A DNA stretch of 64,000 bases from an uncultured Aquiluna sp. (GTDB lineage Bacteria > Actinomycetota > Actinomycetes > Actinomycetales > Microbacteriaceae), in NCBI GenBank assembly GCA_913775595.1, contig CAJYLB010000001.1, positions 434,001 through 498,000 of the forward strand, written 5' to 3'. Under the pieces are notes generated by a model. It did no database searches. It saw only the letters and a list, made by a program, of their open reading frames with translations, and was not told where the DNA came from. Position 1 is the first letter of the stretch; every line of letters begins with the position of its first letter. Of the stretch, positions 42,351-53,886 are shown piece after piece. The position numbers and the translations under genes are program-made.

Positions 42351-43257
42351 GGGTTACTCTTTCTTGCAACCCACGGAACCAATCAAGAGCATTCATTGCC
42401 CGCTTTCCCGCTGGCTGCAAAAGTTGGAGCTGAAGCCTTGTGCCTTTTCCGCAGGTCACTAGAACTTTCTCGCCAGAGAGTTCAACGCTCCCAACCACGC
42501 TCTCTTTGTCCTCGAGAGAGGACCAATCAATGCTGCCGACTGATTTGGCCCGTAGGATTCTGATCGACTCACCCGCTGACTCTGTCCACGCAACAGGCTC
42601 GGGATTCATGGCCATCACCTTGCGCGCAATGACATCAGCGGACTCAGTAAAGTCAAGCCGCGCATCGGCCCGGCTCAGTTTGGGGGCATAGCTCGGCTCA
42701 CCTTGCTGGGGAAGAGCCGCCGCCGGCGCCTCCAAAAGCTCAAGGGCAAGCTCAGCACCCTCCTTAGCAAGGATTGGAAGCATCTCCGCGGCAGTTTGCT
42801 CACTGTCGAATGTTTTGGGAATCGTCCCGACTATGTCACCGGTGTCCATGCCCTCATCGAGCTTGAAAATCGTCAGCCCCTGTCCATCGGAGTGCATGAT
42901 CGAATGCTGGAGGGGAGTAGCGCCACGCCATTTTGGCAGCAGGCTGAAGTGTAAATTCCACCACTCCAACAACTCCAGGGCGGCCTTAGGTAGCAACGCA
43001 CCGTAGGCAACAACAAAACCCAGTTCGGCTTCCTTTGACCGGATTCTTTCGATCTCAACTTGGCCAATCCGGCTGGTTTTCAGTGTTTCGATGCCCATTT
43101 CTGCCGCCAGGTCGGCAACTGGTGATGGCGTCATAACCTTCTTTCGCCCAACTGGAGCATCTGGGCGAGTGATAACCAGGGCTATCTCGTGGTTTGCGGC
43201 TAGCTCCCTAAGTGCCACGGCCGCCACATCCGGAGTTCCCGCAAAGATCAGCTTCAT
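42343..43257 (-). CDS. fmt: Methionyl-tRNA formyltransferase
   Basis: Motifs FAGTP, TRPD, VVAYG, NLHFSLLPKWRGATP and GMDTGD. Confidence 0.96.
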   Translation of the reverse strand: MKLIFAGTPDVAAVALRELAANHEIALVITRPDAPVGRKKVMTPSPVADLAAEMGIETLKTSRIGQVEIERIRSKEAELGFVVAYGALLPKAALELLEWWNLHFSLLPKWRGATPLQHSIMHSDGQGLTIFKLDEGMDTGDIVGTIPKTFDSEQTAAEMLPILAKEGAELALELLEAPAAALPQQGEPSYAPKLSRADARLDFTESADVIARKVMAMNPEPVAWTESAGESIRILRAKSVGSIDWSSLEDKESVVGSVELSGEKVLVTCGKGTRLQLQLLQPAGKRAMNALDWFRGLQERVTLG

Positions 43258-45056
43258 GAGTTCAAGGCTCTCATGTCGTCCATCACTACCTTCAACCCTC
43301 TCCGATTTCCTGAAGAGGTGTGTCTTGCCACGGCTTTGACCGCGACGGCCCTGAGGGCTTTCGACACCTCCGCTCCTTGGGAGTATTTGAACTTGATCAA
43401 CGCCTTTCCCCCGACGTTGCGAAGTACTTCTGCTCCCCCGGCAGTTGCTTTCGAGACTGCCTCTTCGATCACCTTCGGAGCCCCCTCCAGGGATGCAATT
43501 CGAACACTTGGAGGCAAGCCGAGCGATGTAGTGTCGGCCAAACCGGCTTTGGCAAGCTGCACGTGCTGCCAGAGCGCAAGCGGTTGGCCGAGATGCTTGC
43601 CAAGTCCTTCAAATACCGCCCTCCCCTCTGGCGCAAGTAGTTCCAAGGCTTCGGTCCAATCCCTCATGGCTAATTGCTCTGCTGTCAGATGCTGCATTGA
43701 TAGCCAGACGTCGCAGTCGAGTACAAGCAAACCTGAGTAGCCCCCCAATAACCGAGGAGCGGATCCTGGCGTTGCTACAACGATTACGTTTGGCTTCTCT
43801 GAGACAGTGGGTACCTTCTCTGCGGTGGCTTCATAAACCGTCGCATTCGGAAACGCTTTTCCGATCTCGGCAACCGTTCTGAGACTGCCGGTCCTCCCGC
43901 GTTTCAGGTTTGAACTGTTGCAGTCTTGACAGCTGGTGTGCAGGGTTGAGCAGATTCGGCATTGAAACTTACCTGCCTCAGGCTCCCAGATGAACCCGCC
44001 ACAGCTGCAGCGTTGCCTTTCTCCGCAAGCCTGACAGTAGGCAGCGGCAGAGGAGCCCTTCCTGGGCAAGAGAACCAAAAGCGGACCACTCTTTATGGAA
44101 GCCTTCGCCATGTCGAAGCTTGCCGCCTCGAAACGAAGGCCGGGTTCAGTGAAGGATATCCGGGGAGGCGGAGACGTTTGGCCCCTCTCAATCAGATAGC
44201 CAATTTCAACAAGGCGCTGCAGCTCCAGCGACCGGTATGGCGCAGCGAACAGCAGGCTAGCTTTATCTCCAGCCCTCATTAGAGCTAGTTCTCTGGTGTG
44301 GGTATTGGGAGAGCCCTGTTCGCGCCAGCTGTCATCCAAATCATCTGCAAGGCAAATTAGCCCAAGGTTTGCCACTGGTGCGTAAATGGCACTCCTGGTT
44401 CCTATCACCACTTGCGTTGCTCCCAGCAGCGAGTGAAACGCTTTGAAGCGTTCTGAGCGCTTTTGGTTTGGACTTATTTCAACTGGCGCTAAACCAATCT
44501 CATCGCAGGTGATTCTCAGCAGCTCAAGATCACTGACCTCTGGGACTAGTAGTAAAGCCGAGTGCCCTTGGGAGATGGTCTCCTTGGCCCGCTCAGCAAA
44601 GACTTTCATCCAGGTTGGGCACAAGATTTTGCCCACACTCTCCTGACGACCACTTGAAAGGGCGACCTCCCTGAAGACCTCAGATGGGAATGCTTCCAGA
44701 GAAGTTTCCGGAGCTTCAATAGCCGTCCTTGCCATGTGGTCAGGCACTGCGGCATCAAGTATCTCCCCGATGGCAACGCATTGCCGGTTTGCCACTTCAC
44801 GAGCAAAGTCATAAATCTCTCGAGTAAGCGGCGGCCTATCACCAACCATTTCAACAAGAGACGAAGTGGCGAACTCACTAGAGTCCAACAGCTCGACTAC
44901 AAACCCCGTCTGTTTAGTCTTGGACCGCCCGATGAAGAAACTAACCCGGCTGCCAAAAGCAATGCTGCTCTCAAGTTCGCTGGGAACGATGAAGTCGAAC
45001 TGCCTATCTAGTTGCAGCAGTTTTGACTCTACGACCACCCGCGCGAAGCGAGGCAT
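43254..45056 (-). CDS. priA: Primosomal protein N' (actinobacterial PriA with degenerate helicase)
   Basis: QLDRQFDF N-terminal domain, VIGTRSAIYAP, Cys cluster, VVATPG; lies between metK and fmt. Confidence 0.88.
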   Translation of the reverse strand: MPRFARVVVESKLLQLDRQFDFIVPSELESSIAFGSRVSFFIGRSKTKQTGFVVELLDSSEFATSSLVEMVGDRPPLTREIYDFAREVANRQCVAIGEILDAAVPDHMARTAIEAPETSLEAFPSEVFREVALSSGRQESVGKILCPTWMKVFAERAKETISQGHSALLLVPEVSDLELLRITCDEIGLAPVEISPNQKRSERFKAFHSLLGATQVVIGTRSAIYAPVANLGLICLADDLDDSWREQGSPNTHTRELALMRAGDKASLLFAAPYRSLELQRLVEIGYLIERGQTSPPPRISFTEPGLRFEAASFDMAKASIKSGPLLVLLPRKGSSAAAYCQACGERQRCSCGGFIWEPEAGKFQCRICSTLHTSCQDCNSSNLKRGRTGSLRTVAEIGKAFPNATVYEATAEKVPTVSEKPNVIVVATPGSAPRLLGGYSGLLVLDCDVWLSMQHLTAEQLAMRDWTEALELLAPEGRAVFEGLGKHLGQPLALWQHVQLAKAGLADTTSLGLPPSVRIASLEGAPKVIEEAVSKATAGGAEVLRNVGGKALIKFKYSQGAEVSKALRAVAVKAVARHTSSGNRRGLKVVMDDMRALNS

Positions 45057-46244
45057 CTATCGTCCTGCAGCCTCGCGGAGAGCATCCGCCCGATCAGTCT
45101 TTTCCCAGCTGAACTCTTCTAGCTCACGGCCAAAGTGTCCGTAGGCTGCAGTTTTTGAAAATATCGGTCTCTTGAGGTCTAAATCGCGAATTATGGCCGC
45201 TGGCCTGAGGTCAAATACCTCCATGACGGCCTTTTGAATTACTTCAACTTCGACCTTCTCGGTTCCAAAACACTCGACAAACACAGCGACCGGTTTTGCG
45301 ACACCGATTGCGTATGCAACCTGAAGTTCCACTCGGTCTGCCAACCCAGCCGCTACAACATTCTTCGCTACCCAGCGCATGGCGTATGCAGCTGAGCGGT
45401 CAACTTTTGAAGGGTCTTTACCACTGAAGGCTCCACCGCCATGCCTTGCCATCCCGCCATAGGTGTCAACGATTATCTTTCGACCGGTAAGGCCGGCATC
45501 GCCCTGCGGACCACCAATCACAAAGCGTCCTGACGGGTTGATGATGTAGCGAACGTTTGAGGTGTCGAGCTTGCTCTCAGCGAGTACCGGAGCTATCACT
45601 TTGTCCAATACGAGGCTTGCCAGCTCATCTTGGGCAACGTCAGCATGGTGCTGCGTCGACAACACAACGGTGTTGATGGCGACGGGAGTGTTTCCGTCGT
45701 AATCAACTGAGACCTGAGTCTTTCCATCTGGCCTGAGGACACCGTTATCGAGCTCTCGCCGGACACGACTGAGATTCTCGGAAATTCTGTGAGATAGCAG
45801 GATTGGAGCGGGCATAAGAGTGTCAGTCTCGTTGGTTGCGTAACCGAACATCACGCCCTGATCGCCCGCTCCCAGTTTGCTGATCTCGTCCTGTTCACCG
45901 GCTCGAGCCTCTAGTGCATCATCGACACCACCCGCGATGTCTGGTGACTGAGCTCCAATGGAGACAGAGACTCCGCAAGAGTTGCCGTCGAAGCCGATGT
46001 CAGAGCTTGTGTAGCCGATGTCAAGAATTTTTTGCCGGACAAGCTGAGGTATCTCAACGTAGCTGGAGGTAGTGACCTCACCGGCAATGTGAACCAGTCC
46101 GGTTGTAACCAGAGTCTCCAAAGCCACCCGAGCATCTGGATCCTGGTCCAGCATGGCGTCGAGGATGGTGTCGGAGATCTGATCGCAGATCTTGTCTGGA
46201 TGACCCTCTGTGACCGATTCCGAAGTAAATGTTCTTAGCGTCAT
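45057..46244 (-). CDS. metK: S-adenosylmethionine synthetase
   Basis: Motifs [33 protein letters not shown] and [10 protein letters not shown]. Confidence 0.98.
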   Translation of the reverse strand: MTLRTFTSESVTEGHPDKICDQISDTILDAMLDQDPDARVALETLVTTGLVHIAGEVTTSSYVEIPQLVRQKILDIGYTSSDIGFDGNSCGVSVSIGAQSPDIAGGVDDALEARAGEQDEISKLGAGDQGVMFGYATNETDTLMPAPILLSHRISENLSRVRRELDNGVLRPDGKTQVSVDYDGNTPVAINTVVLSTQHHADVAQDELASLVLDKVIAPVLAESKLDTSNVRYIINPSGRFVIGGPQGDAGLTGRKIIVDTYGGMARHGGGAFSGKDPSKVDRSAAYAMRWVAKNVVAAGLADRVELQVAYAIGVAKPVAVFVECFGTEKVEVEVIQKAVMEVFDLRPAAIIRDLDLKRPIFSKTAAYGHFGRELEEFSWEKTDRADALREAAGR

Positions 46245-46258
46245 AGACGCAAAGTGTA
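46245..46258 (-). promoter_or_regulatory. Putative leaderless or near-leaderless promoter of metK (-10 TACACT)
   Basis: TACACT-ttgcgtct-ATG (8-nt spacer), no SD. Confidence 0.5.
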
Positions 46259-46266
46259 GTAACTGG

Positions 46267-47403
46267 CTAAGACAATTGCTCGGCGACTAGCCTCAAGATT
46301 TCCTTTGCAACCTTGCGCTTAGATCCCGACAGTTCAACCGTGCTGTCTGCAGTCACAAACTGGACAGTTGTGTCATCGCTCTCGAGCGAGTCCGCTCTAT
46401 TCGCAACTATGGCCCTAACACCTTTTGCCTGGAGTTTGATTCTTGCAACAGAGAGAAGATCTTCTCCATCGTCAACGAGTGCAAATCCCACGGCAAACGA
46501 GGACGCGTTTGCCGCTGTGTAGGCGGCAAGTAGGTCCTGGGTTGTCTCAAGTTGAAGCTCTGGTACCTCATGACGACTGAGCTTTCCACTGTGCGGATTT
46601 GCCACCCTGAAGTCGCTTACAGCCGCAGCCATAATCAAAATGTCGCTCGCAGTCTCGAGAGCCTGCTCGAGCTCATCAACATTCTCAACGTGCACCACCT
46701 CAACACCTCTTGGTGTGCTGGGTAGGTTGCAGGCAATTAGCCTCACTGAGGCGCCGAGATCTCTCGCGGCGATGGCCAGTTCGATGCCTGTTTTACCTGA
46801 TGAGCGATTTCCGATAAATCTGACATTGTCAATGCGCTCCCTAGTGCCACCCGCTGTAACGGTGACCGTCTTTCCGGCTAGCGGACTGTTCGAAAATAGA
46901 AAGCTGACGATGTCTTCAACTTCAGGAAGCCTTCCGGGCCCAGAATCCTCTCCGGTCAATCTCCCTGATGCGGGCTCCATTACCCTTACGCCACGTGCCC
47001 TAAGCGTTTCCACATTCTCAACGGTCGCAGCGTTCTGCCACATTTCGGTATGCATGGCGGGAACTACAACAACTGGAGCATGGGTGGCCAGCAGTGCATT
47101 AAGGAGCAGGTCGTCTGCGATTCCAGATGCGTAGCGCCCAAGGAAAGCGGCTGTGGCGGGAGCAACGACAATCAAATCGGCTTCCTGGCCAAGTTGGACG
47201 TGTCTGACGCTGGCTACATCGCCATAAAGATCGGGGTCGATGTTCTTGCCACTGAGTGCCTCTAATGTTGCATCGCCGATGAAGCGGAGGGCATTTTCAG
47301 TGGGTAAAGCGGTAACTTCGTGGCCGAGCTCACTCAGAGCTCGAAGCAGACCTGCCGCCTTGTAGGCAGCGATTCCGCCCGTGATGCCAAGCAGAATACG
47401 CAA
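46267..47403 (-). CDS. coaBC: Phosphopantothenoylcysteine decarboxylase / phosphopantothenate-cysteine ligase
   Basis: Motifs [40 protein letters not shown] and AAAVSDF. Confidence 0.96.
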   Translation of the reverse strand: MRILLGITGGIAAYKAAGLLRALSELGHEVTALPTENALRFIGDATLEALSGKNIDPDLYGDVASVRHVQLGQEADLIVVAPATAAFLGRYASGIADDLLLNALLATHAPVVVVPAMHTEMWQNAATVENVETLRARGVRVMEPASGRLTGEDSGPGRLPEVEDIVSFLFSNSPLAGKTVTVTAGGTRERIDNVRFIGNRSSGKTGIELAIAARDLGASVRLIACNLPSTPRGVEVVHVENVDELEQALETASDILIMAAAVSDFRVANPHSGKLSRHEVPELQLETTQDLLAAYTAANASSFAVGFALVDDGEDLLSVARIKLQAKGVRAIVANRADSLESDDTTVQFVTADSTVELSGSKRKVAKEILRLVAEQLS

Positions 47404-47413
47404 TTTGTAACTT

Positions 47414-47662
47414 CTAGTCGGTCTTCTTGGTCAGCTTGCCCTGGTGAAGTTCGTGAAGGGCAATCGAGAGAGCCTTGTCGTCAATCGATGAATCAACCAG
47501 TGGACCTACGTAGTTGAACAGCGAACCCTCGTGAAGTGCCGAGTAGTACTCGTTGATCTGCCGAGCGCGCTTTGACGCGAAAATCACGAGCTCGTAGTTT
47601 GACTCGACCTTCTCGAGTAGTTCGTCGATTGGTGGGGCGATGATGCCTTCTGCCTGGGTCAT
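47414..47662 (-). CDS. rpoZ: RNA polymerase omega subunit
   Basis: [30 protein letters not shown] and LSIALHE. Confidence 0.95.
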   Translation of the reverse strand: MTQAEGIIAPPIDELLEKVESNYELVIFASKRARQINEYYSALHEGSLFNYVGPLVDSSIDDKALSIALHELHQGKLTKKTD

Positions 47663-48213
47663 TTGCTTCTTTCTCTCACAGTCTCAACGATTTCTGCTGC
47701 GCATTTAGTCAGATTGTCGTTAGTGACTTGGTGTCTAAACTCTCCCGCTGCCTGAAGTTCCGAGCGGGCGGTGCCAAGTCTAGTTTGAATTTCCGATTCT
47801 GTCTCCGTTGCTCTTTCTCGCAGTCTGCGCTCGAGCTCTTCCCACGATGGTGGATGCACGAAAATCTCAATTGCATCTGGCTCATGGGAGCGAACTTGTC
47901 TGGCCCCCTGCAGGTCGATTTCGAGTACTAGGTGTTTGCCCGCATCCTCAGCACGCCCAAGTTCGCTCTTCGGGGTCCCATAGAGATGCAGACCGTGGAC
48001 CTGTGCATGCTCTAGCAGCTCGTCCTGGGCAATCATCTGCTCAAAACGGTCCAGAGTGACAAAGTGGTAGTGGACACCATCGACCTCCCCTTCACGAGGC
48101 TCTCTAGTGGTAGCGGAGACGGAAAGCATGAAGTCTTGTTCCGTGCGAAGAATCTCACGGACAAGCGACCCCTTGCCCACGCCGGCCGGCCCCACGAGAA
48201 CTACCAAACTCAT
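47659..48213 (-). CDS. gmk: Guanylate kinase
   Basis: Motifs [29 protein letters not shown] and LEIDLQGA. Confidence 0.97.
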   Translation of the reverse strand: MSLVVLVGPAGVGKGSLVREILRTEQDFMLSVSATTREPREGEVDGVHYHFVTLDRFEQMIAQDELLEHAQVHGLHLYGTPKSELGRAEDAGKHLVLEIDLQGARQVRSHEPDAIEIFVHPPSWEELERRLRERATETESEIQTRLGTARSELQAAGEFRHQVTNDNLTKCAAEIVETVRERSK

Positions 48214-49013
48214 AGTTGCGACTTTAGCTTCTCAATGGAGCGTATGAGCTCCTGCGGACCGGCTTCGGTGGCAGCGCGCGAGACGTTGCAAATGACCCTT
48301 TTGGAGCTTGCTCCAAAGACATCCTCCATCTCATCGAGCTTCGCCCCTTGGAACCCATAGCCCGGCGCGAGGATCGGTATCCCCACGTCAGTCGTGGCGA
48401 CAGATTCGAGCCCAAGCTCCTTGAGATCCTGTGTTGCACCAATCACAACACCGCAGCTGGGGCCTAGTTTTCGGGCCTGGTCGACGACCTTTGAAGCAAC
48501 TGTCCCACCGCCAAGCTTCGCCGTTTGTAGCTGCTTTGCTTCAGGGTTGGAGGTAGCGGCGAGCAGGAAAAGTCCAGCCCCTACATCTTCGGCATAGCCG
48601 AGTGTCTCTGCTAGTGATGTAGGACCGAGATAGGGAGATACGGTTAGTGCATCAGCACGAAGCGGTGAATCGTCACCAAAGAAGGCCTGGGCATACCCAA
48701 GCATGGTTGAACCAACATCACCTCTCTTGGCATCTGCTATGACCAGGAAGTCAGCATCTCGTGCCGCTTGCAACACTTCCTCGAGTGCCGCGTAGCCGGC
48801 AGCTCCAAACCTTTCAAAGAAGGCGACCTGTGGCTTCAGGATCCCAACTCGCCCCTCGGCGGCCTCCAAAAGCGTGAAAGCAAACTCCCGAATGCCATAG
48901 GGAGTATCTGGAAGCCCCCAGTCAATAAGTGTCTGCTCTGCCGGATCAATGCCGAGACATAGTGGTCCGAATTCGGTCCGTGCCTGCTCCAATTTCTCCA
49001 GATAGCTAGCCAA
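48210..49013 (-). CDS. pyrF: Orotidine-5'-phosphate decarboxylase
   Basis: Motifs [30 protein letters not shown] and LAPGYGFQG. Confidence 0.95.
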   Translation of the reverse strand: MASYLEKLEQARTEFGPLCLGIDPAEQTLIDWGLPDTPYGIREFAFTLLEAAEGRVGILKPQVAFFERFGAAGYAALEEVLQAARDADFLVIADAKRGDVGSTMLGYAQAFFGDDSPLRADALTVSPYLGPTSLAETLGYAEDVGAGLFLLAATSNPEAKQLQTAKLGGGTVASKVVDQARKLGPSCGVVIGATQDLKELGLESVATTDVGIPILAPGYGFQGAKLDEMEDVFGASSKRVICNVSRAATEAGPQELIRSIEKLKSQL

Positions 49014-52000
49014 TGAGCAACCTTCTTCTATTAGCTGCGTGGTCTTGCAGTGGGGTCACTTCAAAGCGTCCCTTGCGAATCACTTCGAAAGAACCAATCG
49101 CCGCGCTTAGCTGAGCGACAGTCGTGAAGATTGGCTTATCGGCCGCGGTGGTTGCGGCCCTAATTTCGTAGCCGTCAACTCTGGCAAATGCACCTGAAGG
49201 CGTGTTAACCACAACATCAACTTCACCGTCGGTGATCATTTGGACTATCGAACGCTCCCCTTCTGAAGCCTTTGAGTGCTTGATGACCGTCTCAGCTTCG
49301 ATTCCGTGCCGCTCCAACATCTTGGCTGTTCCCTCAGTGGCAAGGATTCGATATCCCATCTGAGAGAGCCGAGCGACCGGAAGGATGATCTGGGGCTTGT
49401 CGCGATCTGCAACAGATACAAAGACAGATCCCGCAAGGGGAAGTGCCGATCCCGAACCTGCTTGGGACTTGGCAAAGGCTGCTGGGAAGGTTTTATCTAT
49501 ACCCATAACTTCCCCGGTCGAGCGCATCTCCGGACCAAGCAGGCTGTCTACATAGCGACCGTCTTTAGTGGCAAATCTCTTGAACGGTAGAACTGCCTCC
49601 TTGACTGAAATCGGGGTGCCGCTTGGTAGGTTCCGGCCGTCTGCCTCAGGTAAGTGGCCTTCGGCAATGAGCTGCCCAATTGTTTTGCCGATCATCACTA
49701 GAGATGCAGCTTTGGCCAGAGTGATTCCCAGTGCCTTAGAGACGAATGGAACAGTTCTTGATGCTCTCGGATTAGCCTCCAGGACGTAAAGAACATCCCC
49801 TGCCAAAGCGAATTGCACGTTAATAAGTCCCCTAACCCCAAGACCACGCGCTATCGCCTCGGTTGCCTCGGAGACCCGCTGGATTTGAGATTCGCTCAGA
49901 GTTATTGGGGGGAGGGTGCAGCTCGAGTCACCCGAGTGAATACCTGCCTCCTCGATGTGCTCCATAACTCCACCCACGTAGAGCCTCTCCCCGTCGAATA
50001 GAGCGTCAATGTCAATCTCAATTGCATCATCGAGGAAGTGATCTACGAGCAGTGGATGCGTCGCGTCTACAAGGGCATGCTCGGCAATTCGGTCGAAGTA
50101 ACCCTCAAGGCTCTTCTCGTCGTAGACGATCTCCATGCCTCTTCCGCCAAGTACGAACGATGGCCGAACAAGTACTGGATAGCCAATACGCCTCGCAATC
50201 TCGACCGCCTCAGCTAAGTTTGTTGCGGTTCCGTTAGCGGGAGAGATCAAACCAGCCTGATCCAGAATTCTCTGGAATGCCCCACGCTCTTCGGCCATGT
50301 CAATTGCTTCTGGTGAGGTTCCCAAGATAGGTATTCCGGCGTCGCTCAATCCGTTGGCCAATCCGAGCGCGGTTTGGCCACCAAGCTGAACCATCACGCC
50401 TAAAAGCTCTCCCGAATGGGACTCCGCGTGGATTACCTCCAGGACGTCTTCCAGTGTCAAGGGCTCGAAATAGAGCCGGTCCGAGGTGTCATAGTCGGTG
50501 GAGACAGTCTCTGGGTTGCAATTCACCATGATTGTCTCAATACCTGCCTCGCGCAGTGCAAAGGCAGCGTGAACACACGAGTAATCAAACTCCACGCCCT
50601 GACCAATTCGGTTCGGACCGCTGCCAAGGATGATGACCTTCTTGCTTTGAGATGGAACGACCTCTGTTTGCTGGTCGTAGCTGCTGTAGTGGTAGGGAGT
50701 CAAGGCGGGGAATTCACCAGCGCAGGTATCCACCGTTTTGAACACGGGACGCAAGTCGAGAGAGTGGCGTAACTGTCGGATTTCTTGCTCTGCTACTCCC
50801 CTAATTTGGGCAATCTGCGCATCGCTGAATCCGTGACGCTTAGCACGCCTTAGCACGGCCTTACTCAGTGTGCCTTCGTTAGCCAGCCACTCTGCGATCT
50901 CGTTTATTAGGACAATTTGATCTATGAACCAGGGATCAATCTTTGTCCTTTGGAATACTTCATCTGCGGTCGCACCTAATCTGAGCGCCTGCTGCACCTG
51001 CACTATTCGCCTGTCCGTTGGGGTCTCAATAAGTTCGAGCAACTCATGCTTTGTATTCGTGGGCTCTTCCCAGTGGAAGGAGGAACCCCGCTTTTCGAGT
51101 GAGCGGAGTGACTTTTGTAATGCCTGGGTGAAGTTCCTTCCGATTGCCATCGCCTCACCCACGCTCTTCATAGTGGTGGTCAGAGTGGGGTCAGCCGCGG
51201 GGAACTTCTCGAAGGCAAATCTTGGTGCCTTCACTACGACGTAGTCCAATGTGGGTTCAAAGCTCGCAGGGGTCACCTTGGTGATGTCATTAGGGATCTC
51301 GTCGAGGGTATAGCCGATGGCAAGCTTCGCCGCAATCTTGGCTATCGGGAAACCTGTCGCCTTTGAAGCAAGAGCCGAGGAACGCGAGACTCTCGGGTTC
51401 ATCTCAATGACAATTACACGGCCATTCTCAGGGTCAACGGCAAACTGGATATTGCAGCCTCCAGTGTCGACACCTACGTCACGGATGATCTGGATACCGA
51501 TGTCACGAAGATTTTGATACTCCCGGTCAGTCAGAGTCAGAGCCGGAGCAACGGTTATTGAATCCCCAGTGTGTACACCTACCGGATCAAAGTTCTCGAT
51601 AGAACAAACAACAACGGTGTTGTCGTTCTTGTCACGCATTAGCTCTAGCTCGTACTCCTTCCAGCCCAAAATCGACTCCTCGAGAAGCACCTCAGAGGTT
51701 GGTGAAGCCTGAATGCCAGCTCCAGCGATCCTCCTAAGGTCCTTTTCGTCGTATGCAAAGCCGGAACCTAGGCCGCCCATGGTGAAACTGGGTCGAACCA
51801 CAAGCGGGTAGCCGAATTCACCCGCAACTTTCAGGCAGTCATCGATGCTGTGGGCGATGGCAGAGCGCGCGACGTCAGCCCCAGCTGCCAGGACAAGATT
51901 CTTGAATTCCTGCCTGTCCTCACCGGCCCGAATCGCGTCCACATTGGCGCCAATGAGTTCGACGCCGTATTTTTTGAGTGAGCCTCTCTCAAAAAGCGCC

Positions 52001-52299
52001 ATTGCGGCGTTGAGTGCCGTTTGACCCCCAAGGGTTGGGAGTATGGCGTCTGGCTTCTCCTTTTCAATAATGGCCTCAATCACATCCGGAGTAATCGGTT
52101 CCACATAGGTTGCATCTGCAAAGTCTGGGTCGGTCATGATTGTTGCTGGATTTGAGTTGATCAGTATTACCCTGACTCCCTCCTCCTGGAGCACTCTGCA
52201 GGCTTGAGTGCCTGAGTAGTCAAACTCGCAGGCCTGTCCGATAACAATTGGGCCCGAGCCGATTACAAGGACGGAATTGATGTCTGCGCGCTTTGGCAT
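49006..52299 (-). CDS. carB: Carbamoyl-phosphate synthase large subunit
   Basis: [17 protein letters not shown], duplicated ATP-grasp domains, [10 protein letters not shown] and MGS domain. Confidence 0.98.
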   Translation of the reverse strand: MPKRADINSVLVIGSGPIVIGQACEFDYSGTQACRVLQEEGVRVILINSNPATIMTDPDFADATYVEPITPDVIEAIIEKEKPDAILPTLGGQTALNAAMALFERGSLKKYGVELIGANVDAIRAGEDRQEFKNLVLAAGADVARSAIAHSIDDCLKVAGEFGYPLVVRPSFTMGGLGSGFAYDEKDLRRIAGAGIQASPTSEVLLEESILGWKEYELELMRDKNDNTVVVCSIENFDPVGVHTGDSITVAPALTLTDREYQNLRDIGIQIIRDVGVDTGGCNIQFAVDPENGRVIVIEMNPRVSRSSALASKATGFPIAKIAAKLAIGYTLDEIPNDITKVTPASFEPTLDYVVVKAPRFAFEKFPAADPTLTTTMKSVGEAMAIGRNFTQALQKSLRSLEKRGSSFHWEEPTNTKHELLELIETPTDRRIVQVQQALRLGATADEVFQRTKIDPWFIDQIVLINEIAEWLANEGTLSKAVLRRAKRHGFSDAQIAQIRGVAEQEIRQLRHSLDLRPVFKTVDTCAGEFPALTPYHYSSYDQQTEVVPSQSKKVIILGSGPNRIGQGVEFDYSCVHAAFALREAGIETIMVNCNPETVSTDYDTSDRLYFEPLTLEDVLEVIHAESHSGELLGVMVQLGGQTALGLANGLSDAGIPILGTSPEAIDMAEERGAFQRILDQAGLISPANGTATNLAEAVEIARRIGYPVLVRPSFVLGGRGMEIVYDEKSLEGYFDRIAEHALVDATHPLLVDHFLDDAIEIDIDALFDGERLYVGGVMEHIEEAGIHSGDSSCTLPPITLSESQIQRVSEATEAIARGLGVRGLINVQFALAGDVLYVLEANPRASRTVPFVSKALGITLAKAASLVMIGKTIGQLIAEGHLPEADGRNLPSGTPISVKEAVLPFKRFATKDGRYVDSLLGPEMRSTGEVMGIDKTFPAAFAKSQAGSGSALPLAGSVFVSVADRDKPQIILPVARLSQMGYRILATEGTAKMLERHGIEAETVIKHSKASEGERSIVQMITDGEVDVVVNTPSGAFARVDGYEIRAATTAADKPIFTTVAQLSAAIGSFEVIRKGRFEVTPLQDHAANRRRLLIG

Positions 52300-53411
52300 T
52301 ACTTCTCCACAATCAAGCTAAGGAATTTGTCAAACAGGTAGTGGCTGTCATGGGGGCCTGCAGCAGCCTCCGGATGGTATTGGACCGAGAAGGCCGGGAT
52401 GTCCAGGCATTCGAGACCCTCGACGACGCCATCATTTAGACCACGATGAGAGACCATTACTCTTCCGAATCCCTTTGGCGAATCGGCCTGGTCCTCCTCG
52501 AGCCTGACTGCGAAACCGTGGTTGTGTGCCGTCACTTCAACCTGCCCAGTTGCCTTGTTTTGAACGGGCTGATTGATGCCTCGATGCCCAAACGTCAGCT
52601 TGTAGGTCTCAAAGCCCAAAGCACGTCCAAGCAGCTGATTGCCAAAGCAGATTCCGAAGAAAGGCTTACCGGCGGCGAGAAGCTCCCTAAGCATCTCAAC
52701 CTGCGCATCGCTGGCCTCTGGGTCGCCCGGGCCATTGCTGAAAAACACCCCATCAGGACTTGAATCGAGTATCTCGCCTGCACTGCTGTTCGATGGGAAC
52801 ACTTCCACATCCAACCCGCGCGCATTCAGGTGCTCCAATGTCGAGCGCTTGATTCCCAAATCTAGAATCGCAACCTTGCCCCTCTTTTGACCCGAGGCGG
52901 GAAGGGTGTAGCGCTCTGGCGCTGTCACCTGGCCCGAGAGGTTTTGTCCCTTCATCTCTGCACTCGCACGAACCTGCTCGAGCATTGACTCTGGATCAAC
53001 AACATCAGCTCCCGAGAATATCCCTGCTCGCATCGCCCCTGCATCGCGTATTCGAATAGTGATGGCTCTCGTGTCTACCTCTGCGATTCCCACGATGCCC
53101 GAGTCCAGAAGCGCAGCTTCCAATGGCTTCTCGGACCTGAAGTTGCTTGGCATCCTGCTTGGCTCCTTGACCACGTAACCCGCGACCCAAATGCGATCTG
53201 ATTCCTCATCGCGCTGATTAGTGCCAACAATGCCAATGTGGGGAGCTGTCTGGAGGACAATTTGTCCCGCATACGAGGGGTCTGTCAGGGTCTCCTGATA
53301 CCCAGTCATGCCGGTAGCGAAGACGAGTTCTCCGAGAGTCTTACCCCTCTTCCCATAGGCCTCGCCTTCGAAAACGGACCCGTCTTCGAGAACAAGGTAA
53401 GCACTATCCAA
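52299..53411 (-). CDS. carA: Carbamoyl-phosphate synthase small subunit
   Basis: Motifs [27 protein letters not shown] and SVQYHPE. Confidence 0.97.
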   Translation of the reverse strand: MDSAYLVLEDGSVFEGEAYGKRGKTLGELVFATGMTGYQETLTDPSYAGQIVLQTAPHIGIVGTNQRDEESDRIWVAGYVVKEPSRMPSNFRSEKPLEAALLDSGIVGIAEVDTRAITIRIRDAGAMRAGIFSGADVVDPESMLEQVRASAEMKGQNLSGQVTAPERYTLPASGQKRGKVAILDLGIKRSTLEHLNARGLDVEVFPSNSSAGEILDSSPDGVFFSNGPGDPEASDAQVEMLRELLAAGKPFFGICFGNQLLGRALGFETYKLTFGHRGINQPVQNKATGQVEVTAHNHGFAVRLEEDQADSPKGFGRVMVSHRGLNDGVVEGLECLDIPAFSVQYHPEAAAGPHDSHYLFDKFLSLIVEK

Positions 53412-53886
53412 TGTCTGCTCCTGTCACGTGTGCAAGCTGCTTTAGAAATCCTGAGGGGTCAGAAACGACCCTGAGATGTGTCACCAAACGTTCAGAGCCG
53501 TGTGTCCAATGGATGGCGATTAGGCCATCGAGCTCTACCCCCTTGTCTATGGTGGCAGTCTCCCTCGTAAATCCAGCAATGTCTTCGGCCGGTATGAGGA
53601 AGTTCTTCTCTCCCACCCGTTCAATCGATACGCCATCCTCCGAGGCAAAAACCTTAGCTTTACCTCTCGCGCCTAATCCAAACGCCCACAATCTGTCCAG
53701 AGGCCTGGATGCAAAGACCGTTGACACATACAATGCCTGCCCAAGCTCAAGACCCCCGCGAGAATCTCTCAATGCAGGGAGCCTGCTTTCCTGCAGGGCT
53801 CGGCGACCTTTAACAGACCTCCAAATCCGAAATGCGATGGCGAAGACCAGGGCTATAAGCATCGCTCCGATGAGCTCTCTAAGCAT
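53404..53886 (-). CDS. Conserved membrane-anchored protein between pyrC and carA (Rv1382-like)
   Basis: N-terminal TM, YVSTV..PLDR, GLGARG and IDKGVE.DGL..I.W; start ATG 53886 overlaps the pyrC stop. Confidence 0.75.
   Translation of the reverse strand: MLRELIGAMLIALVFAIAFRIWRSVKGRRALQESRLPALRDSRGGLELGQALYVSTVFASRPLDRLWAFGLGARGKAKVFASEDGVSIERVGEKNFLIPAEDIAGFTRETATIDKGVELDGLIAIHWTHGSERLVTHLRVVSDPSGFLKQLAHVTGADIG

Noticed and set aside
46245..46266. SAM riboswitch before metK
   Set aside because: The gap is only 22 nt and looks like a leaderless promoter.
47404..47416. Stop-embedded -10 before coaBC
   Set aside because: The gap is 10 nt, but the hexamer is TAGAAG (no final T) and the start is TTG, which is unfavourable for leaderless initiation.
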